DNA of 20,000 nucleotides from contig QPGO01000074.1 of NCBI GenBank assembly GCA_008632985.1, positions 371,470-391,469 on the forward strand, read 5' to 3'. The stretch is from Psammoneis japonica (Eukaryota). Position numbers and translations under genes: made by a program. A model generated the notes under the pieces. That model worked only from the letters and a program-made list of their open reading frames with translations, was not told the origin of the DNA and ran no database searches. Numbering within the stretch: position 1 is the stretch's first letter; each line of letters starts with the position of its first letter. Of this stretch, positions 1-11,731 are shown piece after piece.

Positions 1-1
1 C

Positions 2-2674
2 GATCCCAACGCGGTCCGTGAAAACCCCCGCAAGTGTTGCACCGTGATTGCACAATTGTTGCATTTGCAAAACACGGGACAATTTTTGTCAGGACCGGAA
101 GCGACCGAAGTGTTTTTTGGTGTGACCAAGCTATTTATGAGTGACGATGCTTCGTTGCGACGCATGGTGTATCTGTTCATCAAGGAGGTGGCGGAAACGT
201 GCAATCCCGACGATGTCATTATCGTCACGTCGTGTCTGACGAAAGACATGACGTGTGATGTGGACTTGTACCGTGCCAATGCACTGCGTGTGTTGGTGCG
301 GATTGTCGATGCCGCCATGTTGGGTGCGATTGAACGGTACGTCAAGCAAGCCGTGGTGGATTCGTCGGGACAAGTTTCGAGTTCGGCACTGGTGAGTGCC
401 TTGCATCTCTTTTCGAATTCCCCCGAGTGTGCCGCTGTGGTGAAACGGTGGATTTCGGAAACGACCGAAGCCACGTCGTCGCAGAATGAAATGGTTCAAT
501 TCCATGCCATGCAACTCTTGTATCAAATCAAGGCACACGATCGTCTCGGCATTTCCAAGCTTGTGACGCAGTACAGTCAACGCAACTCGCTCAAATCACC
601 ACTCGCCGTGGTGTTGTTGGTGCGCTACACGGCCAAGTTACTTCACGATGAAGTTTCCGAAGGACGTTCCGGTACATCTCTCCAAGACGGTTCGCCCATT
701 ATGCAATCGGGCTATGCCTTTTTGGAAGCCAGTCTCCGACACAAATCGGAAATGGTGGTTTACGAAGCCGCCCGGGCCATTTGCAATTTGCCCGGATTGG
801 AACCCCAAGATTTGTCACGGCCATTTCCGTCTTGCAATTGTTTCTATCGAGTCCCAAGCCCGCCACGCGCTTTGCTGCCATTCGCGTCTTGGCTGCCGTG
901 GCCCATGTCCATCCCCGCATGGTTTCCAAATGCAATGAAGATTTGGAGGGATTAATGAGCGATGCCAATCGGTCCATTGCGACCTTGGCCATTACGACTC
1001 TACTCAAGACGGGAAGTGAAAATTCCGTCGATCGGCTCCTCAAGCAAATCTCGGCGTTCCTGACGGACATTGCCGATGAATACAAGATTACCGTGGTGCG
1101 GAGTTTGCAACAACTCTGTCTCACGTACCCGTCCAAACACCGCGTGTTGGTGGGATTTCTATCCAACTTTTTACGCGAAGAGGGTGGTTTTGATTTCAAA
1201 AGGTCCATTGTCAATTCCATTGTTTCGCTCATTCGTAGTGTCCGGAAACCACCGAGAGTTCTTTGTTGCATTTGTGTGAATTTATTGAAGATTGTGAATT
1301 CACCATGCTTCGACGCAAATTTTGCATCTATTGGGAGAACTCGGCCCGACCACGGCGGCACCGGCACGGTATATTCGCTTTATCTACAATCGCGTCATTT
1401 TGGAAAACGCCGCCGTCCGTGCCGCCGCTGTGAGTGCGTTGGCGTCCTTTGCCGCCACGTGTCCGTCGTTACGAGCCAGTGTGCTTGTTCTTTTGAAGAG
1501 AAGTTTGGCCGATGAAGATGATGAAACCCGTGACCGTGCCGCCGTGGCGGTGCATGTCTTGGAGGATGCCATGGCCAAGCACCCCTATGTCGCTCCCGAA
1601 GAAGATGCCGAAGCCGAAGACATTGCTCCGGACCGTCCCGATGAAAATGATCCGGCTGCCTATGTCTTGCTCGAACCACTTCCCATGTCCTTTGACAAAC
1701 TCGAACGGAGTCTCAAGTTGTACGCGGCCACGGAAATGGACAAGCCCGAGCAAATCACGCTCGATGCACTTCCCGTGGTGGAAGATACACCGGAAGATTT
1801 GAAAAAGTCCTCCAGTCACGGTGTGCAAGATCAAGACGATGTGGTCGTTCCCGGCATGGCGGCTGTCGCCGAACCCGAACCCGTCGATCCCGCCGCGGAT
1901 GTCTATGCCATTCCCGAATTGGCATCGCTCGGACGAGCCTTTCGTTCGTCCATTCCCGTGCCTCTTACCGAGAGTGAAACGGAATATGTCGTGCAATGTG
2001 TCAAGCACATTTTCCCCAATCACGTTGTGTTGCAATTTTTGGTCCAAAACACCATTGAAGACCAACGGCTCGACAATGTCACGGTGGCCATTGATGCGGA
2101 TTCCGATGTGTTTGCCGTTTCGGGAGAAGTTGCCGTCGATGGCATTACCTATGGAACTACCAAGAGTTGTTTTACCGTGTTGGAAAAGGCTGGTGATCCC
2201 GAACAGGCGTCTCAGTTTGCCTGTGAACTCAAGTTTACCGTCGTTCAAGTCGATCCAACGACGTTGGAAGAAGAGGGTGATTCGTTTGAAGAAGAGTATC
2301 CGTTGGAAGATTTGGAAATTACCACTTCGGATTTCATGGCCAAGGTGTCGGTACCCGACTTTCGCAAAGCCTGGGAAACGGTGGGCAATGAGAATGAAGT
2401 TCTCGAAAAGTACGCTCTATCCTTCAAGGGTCTCAAGGATGCCGTCACGGCTGTGTTGTCGTATTTGGGCATGCAACCCTGTGATGGCACGGGCATGGTT
2501 AAGCCGGATACCAAGACGCATATGCTGCATTTGAGTGGTGTCTTTAGCAGTGGCAATCAAGTCTTGGCACGTGCTCAAGTGGCGGTGCAGAGCGATTCGT
2601 CGGTGGTTTTGAAGATTGCCGTGCGCAGTGACGATGCGGGAGTGTCGCGCATGGTGGCGGATTGTATTCATTGA
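2..2674 (+). CDS. COPG: Coatomer subunit gamma (gamma-COP), 5'-partial, with three apparent 1-nt deletions (~816, ~1241, ~1310)
   Basis: Recognisable gamma-COP motifs: [100 protein letters not shown]. ORFs 44-955, 781-1515 and 1322-2674 join through a third-frame stretch ([20 protein letters not shown], ~1242-1305). The frame is open from base 2. Confidence 0.97.
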
Positions 2675-2887
2675 GAGAAATACAATAGTAGTGTTGTAGT
2701 AGCGTAGTAGAAAAAGAAAAATGATTGTTGTTGCTTTTTTAGACTTGTCTATATAGGAAATAGCTTTAGCACGAGTACGGCATGTTCCGGTATCGCGATT
2801 TTGTTGAGATGGTTTCTGTTCCTTCACAACATATTGGGAACGAATGAAGCAACACTATTTAGACTACAGAACGGCTAGAGCAAGGCG

Positions 2888-3698
2888 TTATCGCCCTTCT
2901 AGAAACACTGCATTTCCCTTGGTGGAGTCTTTGATTGACTCTTTTAACCTTGCAAGGTCCTTTGTTTCACACGTTGCCGTGACTGTCATGTCCCCATTTG
3001 CTTCGTATTCTTCGTCACTAATCTCTCCACCCACCCTTCGCACAACGTCATAGATGGAACCGACATGCACCGACGATAGCTTGACGTGTATACTGGATTT
3101 TGGAATGAGAATTACTTTGGGTGCCTCTCGCAAAACGAGCCGTGCCGCTCCACCATAGGCACGAATCAACCCACCCGCTCCAAGCTTGATGCCTCCAAAG
3201 TATCTCACTACAACACAAACCACGTTTGCAAGTGATTCTCCCTTGATGGCACCCAAGATGGGTACACCCGCGGTTCCCGTGGGTTCACCATCATCAGAAC
3301 ATCGTTCTTGTTCGATGCCTCCATTATTATGGCATAAAATCCAAAACAGCATGACGACATTTTGGATGCATGGATCTCACGTGTTGCATCACATCTTGTG
3401 CTTGTTGCCACGAGTCCACGTTTTGTGCGTATCCAATAAACCGACTCTTTTTCACTTCCATTTCAGATTCATGCAATCCAACATCCAGAGTCGTTTGCTC
3501 GTGCATAACAGCCAAGGAATCATTATCATCCGTACTTTTGCCTCTGCAAACAACAACATTTCGAAACATGCCATGGTGGCGTTGTTGCTGTTGTTGACGC
3601 ACTACTGCAAGAGCCAGAGAGAACATGTCCTTTCTTTGTTGCAATACTAAAGAAAACATGATGATCCCTATACGAATAATTGCTCTACTGCAACTCAT
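2888..3698 (-). CDS. IMPACT/YigZ (UPF0029) family protein with an N-terminal extension; apparent frameshifts near 3330-3350
   Basis: EVKKSRFIGYA...HPKCRHA in ORF 3327-3719 continues into SDDGEPTGTAGVPILGAI...VVVRYFGGIKLGAGGLIRAYG in ORF 2888-3352. Start codon uncertain (ATG at 3698 or 3659). Confidence 0.92.
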
Positions 3699-3795
3699 TA
3701 TTGACGTTACCGATGTCAATGTGGTGGTGATTCAATGAAAATGGGCCATGGTCCATCGTGATGGATGGAAGGGAAGCGGTGCACAGCGGTACGTG

Positions 3796-3892
3796 TTTTC
3801 ACAAACCGGCGACTGTGCTCTAGCTTAGGTCTGGGTTGAGCGCGCGAGCGCGTGTCAGGTGCCCATTTTTCACGAACAGGCGACTGTGCTCT
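3796..3892. repeat. 26-bp imperfect direct repeat in the divergent YigZ/DnaJ intergenic region
   Basis: TTTTCACAAACCGGCGACTGTGCTCT (3796-3821) versus TTTTCACGAACAGGCGACTGTGCTCT (3867-3892), 24/26 identical. Confidence 0.8.
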
Positions 3893-4112
3893 TCGAGAAT
3901 TGGCGGGAAAAGAAAAAAAAGTCGTCGCTCCCGCGATGATCCTCCACGCGTCTCGTTCGCGTCGTCCATGACCGAGTTGCCAATAAGACGACGACCATAC
4001 TCATTACATTGCTTTCATCAAAAGCTCGAAAGCTTCTATCTGAATATTGTTTATAGATTGAGGAAATCAAAATGAAAATGGCAACAAAAAATCGAAAAAA
4101 GATCGACGATGC

Positions 4113-6073
4113 ATGATTGACACCGGTATTCCATCCGCATGTTGGATGGGATTGCCATTATTTGCCTTGCTATTCTTGTTTTGCTTTTGCAACAATGCTT
4201 TTGCACAACCCACATCATCATGTGCACCGCCATCGACTGATACATATGATTGGGAAAAATATGACTTTTATCAAGTCCTTGGGCTATATTGCCAGAACAA
4301 GACGGTAGCAAAAAATCTCGCAAACAACGACGCAAGGAACGCTCACGCTTCAAATCTGCCGATATTCGAAAGGCCTATCGCAAACAAGCACAGCTATTTC
4401 ATCCAGACAAGTTGGCTTCCAAGAAATCAACAACAACAAACAACAATGCTACGACATTGACAAAAGAAGAGAGTACGGCTCGTTTTGCCCGAATTGCAGA
4501 AGCATATGAAGTACTGAGTGATGAGAATAAACGCTACGAATACGATGAATTGCTTTTGGATTGTGAGGATCAACAATCCATGTCAAAACAAGCACCAAAA
4601 CAACAGCAACAAGGGTATGATGCTGGAAACAACAATCCTTGGTCCTTTTTTGACGACCTCACGACGGATCCATGGCATGTCTTTGAAGACTTTTTCTTTG
4701 GAGAATCATCCTTTCACGAGCAGGCCAACAACCGAGCCAAGGATACAATGAATTGGGACGACGGTAGATCACAACATTTCACGGATGACTCTACTACTAA
4801 TCCACGTCGAGTATACGAACGCGAGGAATTTCATTATGATCCCTACCGCAGAGTGGAAGTTCTTCGTATCTTGAGGACGGAAGAATTTGACGTGGATCCA
4901 CAAAACCACTCCTACTACTACCGGGTGATTGCTCAGGACTTTGTAGAACAGCACGATCCATTTCATGGGTGGGAATATCATCCAATCAATCATGCCTTTG
5001 TCATTGATGAAGGCTACAAACGAGAGCAACAACAACAGCAAGAGCATTCCAGGGCGTCGGATAATAATTTCGAAAACAGCCATCGCCAATACAAGGACAA
5101 ATTGCTCGCGAGTGAGGCACTGTACCCTTCTTCGGAACCATTGTTGACGTCTTTAAATGGCCGCTACTACGCGGGAATTTCTGCGGAATGCGAAATTCTC
5201 GTCATGTCGGATGATTCCTCCCGGCACGGGCCCAACGTAAATGACAAGGTTGTGTGGTCGTCGGAAACCTTTGTTCCCGCAGCGCAGCTCATGGCTGCTG
5301 GTGGGTGCTTTCTCTCGCTTCAAGGACCGCGACTCGTTCTAGCCTTGGGCAATCCCGAGTTTCCCGGAAGCATTTTGTGGTACAGTGAGGTTTCGCGAGC
5401 CGAGGAGGCAATGGCACAGTCCTCGGGGACGGCCTTTTTTGCGCGATTGGACAATGACGGAAGTTTGGCCGTGTACAGTGAAACCATGGTGGCGTTGGAG
5501 GGAAATGACGACTACTCTGCAGAGACGCTTCGCTATCAGTGGTGGTCAAAAATGAACAACAAACTAGAGTCTTATCCGTGGTGGAAGAACTTTGTAGAAA
5601 AGGCAACGGTTCAACCAAAAACAAGGGCGGCAAAAGCCTGGGTTGCTTGTCGTTCGTGGGTTGGCAGGACGGTGCTGGGGCAAAAGATAAAGTCCAAACA
5701 ATACAATTCTTCGCGTGATTCTTCAAGTCAAGCGAGGATTCGAACAGAGGAGACGTGTATTTACGCAACCGGTATGATGGGCTGCAACTCGTCTGCCAGA
5801 AAACTGCTCCACGTAGCTTCGGATGTGAAGCAAACCATATCACACAAGGTGAGACACACCGTGTCAAGAGTAGATCAGGCAATGGACGGTTTCGCCGATT
5901 ATTTGAATGAAGAAGTGGAAGAAGATGATGATGTCTTGGACACTTTACTAAGGGTCTTGAGCGCAGCTGGAAGAGGCATTGGTAGAGCTGGTCACAAGGC
6001 AGCTCGACGAGGGGCGAACGCAGTCCGAAACACGATAGAGGAACATCGCTACAAGTTGAAACGGTCAAAGTGA
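4113..6073 (+). CDS. Signal-peptide-bearing DnaJ (J-domain) protein with a bulb-type (B-) lectin-like domain; apparent frameshift ~4286
   Basis: The hydrophobic leader (LPLFALLFLFCFCNNAFA) and YDFYQVLGL in ORF 4113 join IRKAYRKQAQLFHPDK...FARIAEAYEVLSDENKRYEYD in ORF 4289-6073. The region 5141-5480 (LTSLNGRYY..VVWSSET..LSLQGPRLVL..ILWYS..RLDNDGSLAVY) resembles B-lectin repeats. Confidence 0.85.
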
Positions 6074-6179
6074 CTAGACCGTCTGGGATCTTCACGAATG
6101 TGGCACTTCTACGATGGAGTTGCATGAGTCATCTACAACTTGGCGAGTGCTACATTGCCGGCTTACAATGTTTCTGATT

Positions 6180-7268
6180 TTAATGATGGAGTTTGGCCTT
6201 TAGAATCTCCAGGTGTCTTTCGTAACGAAGTTGGTAATTCTCCGAGTTGCCTAATGTCTTGGCCTTGGATATCAAATTTTCCAAAGCTTTGACGTGAGCT
6301 GTTTCCAGGGCTTGTTCTTGGGCCACCTTGATGTCCGGCTCAACTCCTGTTCCTTCCCAGTTGGTTTTGGTAATGGGATTGATGGCTCTGCCTTTGGGAA
6401 CCCACACGACAAAACGGTCCGTCGCAATCTCGACTCCACCGGGATGCGCTCCTCCGCCGGTAGTTTCTCCCACGATTACGGCCCTCTTCAGGTTTTTCAG
6501 ATTGTATGTGAATTCTTCCGCGGCCGAAAACGTGCGTTTGCTGGTCAAAATATAAGCTTCGGCGTTGGACCCAATCCTCTTGCCGGGGACATGAGGCAAC
6601 GTCGAAAAGTGTTCCATGGTATCGTCATCACGCCAATAAAAGCTGTTGAGGTGTACGGGTTTTTGTTCGGCATCATAGAGGTAGCTGGTGAGCAACTGGA
6701 TCATTGTTGGGCAACCACCATTGTTGTTTCGGAGATCGAAAATGAGGGCGTTGCAGTTGGCCACCAAATTCATGGCGGCAACGGCCGTTTCTCCCGCGAC
6801 TTGGGCTGCTGAGAAACTGCGAAGATCAATATAGCCTATGTTGCCCAACAGAATCTTGATTTCCTTGAAACCAAAGTTGCCAAATCGAAGTTCTTCGAGC
6901 AGACTTTCAGAAAGTTTTTCATAATTATCGTCAACATCATCTTCCTTTTCTTTTTCCGTCTGAGCCCGTATTTGTTGCACATTGCCGGGGTCAAAATCAA
7001 CGCGAAGATGCCCGTCGTGACTCACGGATTGCAAATCCTTTGTCAACCTGTCCGCATAGTGGCGAGCGTCGACCAGAGAGCTGTATTTCTTATCATTCAC
7101 ATTCTGCTCTAGCAGGGCAGCCATCTTTTCGGCTACGTCCGGAAATACGTATTTTTCACTGAGCAATCGGTTGATGCTTGTGACGACTTCTAGTTGCTCT
7201 TCTTCAGTGACTGCCACGTCTGCGGCGGTTGCTTCTGGCACTTCATTCGCTTCTTGGTCGGCCTTCAT
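6180..7268 (-). CDS. S41 family peptidase (IRBP-module-like), 362 aa, intronless
   Basis: Motifs YVFPDVA, LTKDLQSVSHDGHLRV, GNIGYIDLRSF, LIFDLRNNNGG, TFSAAEEF (catalytic Ser region), VGETTGGGAHP, NWEGTGVEPDI. Start taken at MKADQE (7268). Confidence 0.93.
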   Translation of the reverse strand: MKADQEANEVPEATAADVAVTEEEQLEVVTSINRLLSEKYVFPDVAEKMAALLEQNVNDKKYSSLVDARHYADRLTKDLQSVSHDGHLRVDFDPGNVQQIRAQTEKEKEDDVDDNYEKLSESLLEELRFGNFGFKEIKILLGNIGYIDLRSFSAAQVAGETAVAAMNLVANCNALIFDLRNNNGGCPTMIQLLTSYLYDAEQKPVHLNSFYWRDDDTMEHFSTLPHVPGKRIGSNAEAYILTSKRTFSAAEEFTYNLKNLKRAVIVGETTGGGAHPGGVEIATDRFVVWVPKGRAINPITKTNWEGTGVEPDIKVAQEQALETAHVKALENLISKAKTLGNSENYQLRYERHLEILKAKLHH

Positions 7269-7825
7269 GATTTGCACGTGGAACAATACAACGTTGTCAA
7301 AACACAAAACAATGGTACGAGAAGGACAACAAATGCTCGTGGTTTCTGCGTTGTTGCAAGCATCAGATGAATCAATTATGCAACACTGCTGCTGAAACCA
7401 AAACAGTAGCAACGTAGTGCACTGTGGATGCCAAAAAGTGAGAGACAGAGGTTCGAACGTGTTCCATCAAGTAGGGCCTTCCATGATCCAAGATCTGGAT
7501 TCGATCGACGAAAAGATCGCGGACCGGGCGGGTTAGCGATGTTTTGTTCCCGTCTCAAGATTAAAATTCCATGTTTTATATATCCAAAATTGACTATTGT
7601 ATTAATTTGTTACCAACTTATTTACGTGTATGATACCGTATGAAAGGAAATGATTGTGTCTTGAAAAGCCATCAACACGAATGGTTTTTCTGTCCATTCA
7701 CGATTCAACTCCTCCCGCTCGGAAATTGCGACGTGGAGCCTACCTCCGAGCTATGGACATGGACAAAAAAGAACGGCCAGTGGCGCTTGCGAGGCCAACA
7801 ACAAAGTGGTTGTATACAATACAAG

Positions 7826-9283
7826 ATGATTGGACGCCATAGCATCATTGGACACCGTCGTAGTTTAACCTCTTTGGAACGTGATCCGTTGCTCCCGCCA
7901 CCACACCATCCTCATCACGACCATCGCCCGAGTCAAGCACGTCGAGCCTCGTTGGCAAACATAACTGCGAATCATGAAGAGGGAGAAGTTTCCGTTGTGG
8001 AGCTGTTTTCTGACCTTGTGGTGGTTGTGGCTCTGCATAATTTGTCAGATATGCTCGGTGAAGGCACTGTTGGTTTGCACATGTATTTTTTTCAAGTCCT
8101 TCTGCTCTGGTGCCTCTGGCACAACTGTATTCTCATGATGAATCTGGCCAACATTTACACGGCCAACGAACCAAAAACATGGCATCACATTGTAGTGTTT
8201 ACCGTTATGGGATCAATTGTATTCATGACAACGTCTGAAAATCCTCTTTCCATGTTGATCGCCTTTTGGGTGGGAAGAGCCGTGCAATTGGTCGCCGTTG
8301 TAGTCATGGGAAACTCGAAACGACCCGTCTGGGTCGATCACGAGTGGCATGAAAACATGGTAAATCTATGCTTCGTTGTGATTCCCTTCAAGGCACTTTT
8401 AGAAAGTGTACCTCTTTTGGTCACGTTGTCTGTGTTGCAAAGTGACCGATTGGTGTTACTTGGCGGCGTAGTCTCGGCTGCTGTCGGCATTGGTTTCCAT
8501 TTATATTCTGCAAACATGCACGATGTCGTAGAAAAGGAACGGATGGGTTCAGTCAAAGTACTGGACGTTGAACACCTCACGGAGCGGCATGAGCTCGTTG
8601 TACTCATTCTCTTTGGTGAATTGTGCTTTGCCGCTGCATCATCGTCGGGCGCATATTACATGTCGCTTTGCACTCTCTTGACCGTCTTTGGGTGCTTCTT
8701 GTTGTACTTTGCAACACGTGTACCGGAGCGCCAGGAGCCTTGGACGCGATCGGCAGTGACAAATGCGCTCTGTCAGTACTTTCATTTGCTTTTGATGGGT
8801 GTTATGCCTCTCATTAGTGTCGGATTCACTAGGCTCATTTTGCATGCAGAAGGCAAGGAAGATGATGACAATGAACACGATGGTGTGGCGGCATTGCATT
8901 TCGCCACGGCTGGCTTCTTGTGGGTCATGGGACTGATTGACTTGATTGCTGCTGACCCCGAAAATCCTCGCAAGCAACCTCGATGGAGAAGGAGATATCG
9001 GCTGCTTCTTAGATTTGCAGGTGGATGCATCGTGGCCTTACTCTATTGGCTCCCTAGAAATTCAGATGTTGTGGCAGCGACCATTGCACCCTCTACGTTG
9101 CTCACCGTGGCCGCTATTGAGATGTGGGCCGTGCAGTTGGTTGATGTTTCTCTCGAGGATGATCCACAGCCACCGGGTTTGTTAGGGCGCAGTCGACGAT
9201 TGGGTGTGCTGTCGGACAATTCATTAGATGCGTCGGGCAGGTCAGTCGACGACAAAGATGATGGCGTGTCAAATCACTCCTAA
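7826..9283 (+). CDS. LtrA (low temperature requirement A)-like multi-pass membrane protein
   Basis: EVSVVELFSDLVVVVAL and EHLTERHELVVLILFGE match the LtrA-family ELFxDLVFV and HLxERxxLxxIIxLGE motifs. Many hydrophobic segments. Start uncertain (7826 preferred over 7640). Confidence 0.8.
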   Translation: MIGRHSIIGHRRSLTSLERDPLLPPPHHPHHDHRPSQARRASLANITANHEEGEVSVVELFSDLVVVVALHNLSDMLGEGTVGLHMYFFQVLLLWCLWHNCILMMNLANIYTANEPKTWHHIVVFTVMGSIVFMTTSENPLSMLIAFWVGRAVQLVAVVVMGNSKRPVWVDHEWHENMVNLCFVVIPFKALLESVPLLVTLSVLQSDRLVLLGGVVSAAVGIGFHLYSANMHDVVEKERMGSVKVLDVEHLTERHELVVLILFGELCFAAASSSGAYYMSLCTLLTVFGCFLLYFATRVPERQEPWTRSAVTNALCQYFHLLLMGVMPLISVGFTRLILHAEGKEDDDNEHDGVAALHFATAGFLWVMGLIDLIAADPENPRKQPRWRRRYRLLLRFAGGCIVALLYWLPRNSDVVAATIAPSTLLTVAAIEMWAVQLVDVSLEDDPQPPGLLGRSRRLGVLSDNSLDASGRSVDDKDDGVSNHS

Positions 9284-9611
9284 AAGCATTACCTTTTGTG
9301 CATAGGTCGTACTGTACTCTATCTCCAAGTGAAGATACAGACAGAGGACATTAATCAAGGACCTTTCCACTATGTATCTTTTCCCCACGTGCTATAGGCT
9401 TAACCGTAGTAGCCCATTTCAGGCAATGGCTGAAAGTGGAGAAGGGTGTTGTAGCTACAGAGTTTTCGGAGAAGGTATTCGACTGTATTCGTAGGCAAGA
9501 ATAACTCTTTGTTTTCGTGCGGAGCGAGTTTGAAAATTAAATTCGAACAATCTATGCTGTACCAGGGGTCGGCTTCTATGAGCCACACACAGTCCGCCAC
9601 ATGTACGGGTT

Positions 9612-9956
9612 CTAGACCTGCCAGAAACCGCAGTCAATTCCACCTTGAATTACAATGGCAAAGATTCCCTCGCCCGGTATCTCCATTGGATCCATGGCAA
9701 CTTTTGCTCCGGCCTTAACAGCCGCCTTGACGGCAGCATGAATGTCCTCAACAAGCATGTACGGTCGCACAACTGGAGTTTCCGTTTCCCGCATGGGCAT
9801 GCGAAGCCCAATCTTTCCTCCATTCAAAAAATCTGCGGTTCGGGCCCCACCAAAATTGGCATTGGGCTCGCTAAATGTCACACCGTGAATTGCCGAGTAC
9901 TGCTCGCACAAGGCATCAACTTTTGATGTGACAATCTCAAGATAATGGACTTTCAT
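9612..9956 (-). CDS. VOC/glyoxalase-bleomycin-resistance superfamily protein, 114 aa, bacterial-like
   Basis: MKVHYLEIVT...VVRPYMLVEDIHAAVKAAVKAGAKVAMDPMEIPGEGIFAIVIQGGIDCGFWQV has the typical VOC C-terminal pattern. Confidence 0.88.
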   Translation of the reverse strand: MKVHYLEIVTSKVDALCEQYSAIHGVTFSEPNANFGGARTADFLNGGKIGLRMPMRETETPVVRPYMLVEDIHAAVKAAVKAGAKVAMDPMEIPGEGIFAIVIQGGIDCGFWQV

Positions 9957-10699
9957 GGGCGTCCCTTTTTGTTGATGAAATCGAATTGACTGTCGAATCA
10001 ATAATAAACAGCAGAAGACAAGCCTATCTTCAATCTCAAGAATCTGCAACAGTAGAATGGCAACAAAGCAAAAAAAAAAAAAAAGATCTTTCGCAAGATC
10101 CACCAGCTGTCGTACCGGTACCAGCAATCAAGAAAAAAATGGCCAAAGAGCGCATTCACCTAAACTGTAACAAAAGCTCTATCGTGCCTTTGACGACTCG
10201 ATGACAGGATCCATCGCATCGGTCCGCCACCATGGTTGTTGTTGGTCCAGCTGCAAAGCTGTGATGCTTGCCATCTTGATCGGCAAATTCAAAGTCGGCC
10301 TCACAATGTCGCTGCTCCCTGCTTTCTTCCACATGGTGGTGCGTGGTGCTCTCTGCGATTCTGAAGCAGCCAGCTGCTCCTTCATCACAGGCAGCCCAAC
10401 CTTCTCAATGCATTTGAGTTGCTCATCGATTGCAGATTTTAGTGGGCATGCCCCATCAAACCCTGCACAAAGCTCCTGCAGTGTCTCTCTGGTGACACCA
10501 GCATGATCAGCACAAGCCAGCGCAACAAGAGAGCTGTGTTTTCTGACGTGAGCTGGCCTGGTGGCTGCTTTGCTTTTTCCACTGGAGCCACCACCCCGCA
10601 TTTCCTTCTGACAATGGGGAGAATGCCAAACTTCTTTCAAGATTAATGGCAGATTGGTTCTGGCCACCAAGCATCTTGCATCATGACACCACACTTTCA

Positions 10700-11727
10700 A
10701 CTGTGATTCAGCGCATCTTTCATTCGCTCGTCATCCGCTTTGATGCTGGACTTCCTGCAGCCACCAGCCATGTTGTCAAATGAGTCTAATGCAAAATTTT
10801 CTTTGTTGTCAAGGAGCTGCAGGACTCTTCCTCTGCTTTGCTGCTTCTGCAAAAATCTGCTTGGCTTTCTCATTGGGGAATGACTTTTCCAGGCATGGGA
10901 GCAAACCAGAAACGATGAAGCGGGCATTGGCAGAGTTGTGTGGAATGAAAGAAAATGTGACTGTGTCATCTTCTTGCTGGCATTGGTTGTCATGGTGCAA
11001 AAATCAAGCAAACCATTTGCCTCACAGGAAATGATCAGTGAGTGGAGAGAGTCGATTTTGACACCTTGCGGGGGGGGGGGGAAGACCAACCCTGCAATTT
11101 TGCAGGATTGACGTTCTGCAGCATGCGCTGTTTCCATGATGTTGTCACAGAAGTTTTTCTGATTGTCGCGGAGCCTCTTGCACTTGAACTCACAGTTTGC
11201 TGTTGCAAGGAATTTGTTCGCAGGGATGAAGTGTGCCCAAGTGTCAAGAGGAAACTCAACAGCCATGGATGAGCAAATGTCAGACACAGCATTGATGGCA
11301 TGGTTGCAGTCTCTTGTTCATGAGCAGCCTCATCATGAAGGATGCACGTGGGGTTCCTTCACTTGCACGCAGTCATTGTTGAGTTAAATCCTGGTCTTCC
11401 AGAGGCAATCACATGCCAGCGGAGGTCAGCTCTGCTCTTTTTCCATGTTTGGTCTAGATGCCTGCAAAAGTCAATCCGTCTAAGTGTTCCACATGAAAAT
11501 GCTGCGTGCACTGCCAGAAGATGCACAATTTATGTTCAAAATTGATTGTCGTTTTGTGCGTCACCGGGACCAGAACACGTCAAACAGCCATCCAATGTTG
11601 GGAGTTTTCTCAACATCTGGGGCAGCATGGAAATGAAGCCCATGTGAAGCTGCACTCAGCTCAGGTTGGGTCTTGTCAGTGAGTGCATTTGCACTGATTG
11701 TGGAGGCCAGAAAAATCAAAGCATGGT
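10700..11727 (-). pseudogene. Decayed repeat-associated ORF (possibly non-LTR retrotransposon ORF1-like), 3' part, interrupted by the LTR element
   Basis: Protein-like fragments in shifting frames: ALIFLASTISANAL..NIGWLF, SDICSSMAVEFPLDTWAHFIP..KRLRDNQKNFC, TVTFSFIPHNSANARFIVSGLLPCL. Family assignment is from recalled resemblance only. Confidence 0.35.
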
Positions 11728-11731
11728 GCAT

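Noticed and set aside
781..1330. Frameshifts in COPG (also in YigZ ~3340, DnaJ ~4286 and the NTPase ~19665/19910) as pseudogenisation or programmed frameshifting
   Set aside because: They are single-base losses, several in short homopolymers, within otherwise conserved and partly essential genes. Long-read consensus error is the simplest explanation; short-read polishing would settle it.
1469..2248. Long antisense ORFs over COPG, DnaJ and S41 (e.g. 1469-2248, 5289-6125, 6294-6812)
   Set aside because: Shadow frames of real genes with no recognisable motifs.
10070..10084. A15 tract as a retroposon poly(A) tail
   Set aside because: Wrong strand for the adjacent minus-strand relic, and no TSD found.
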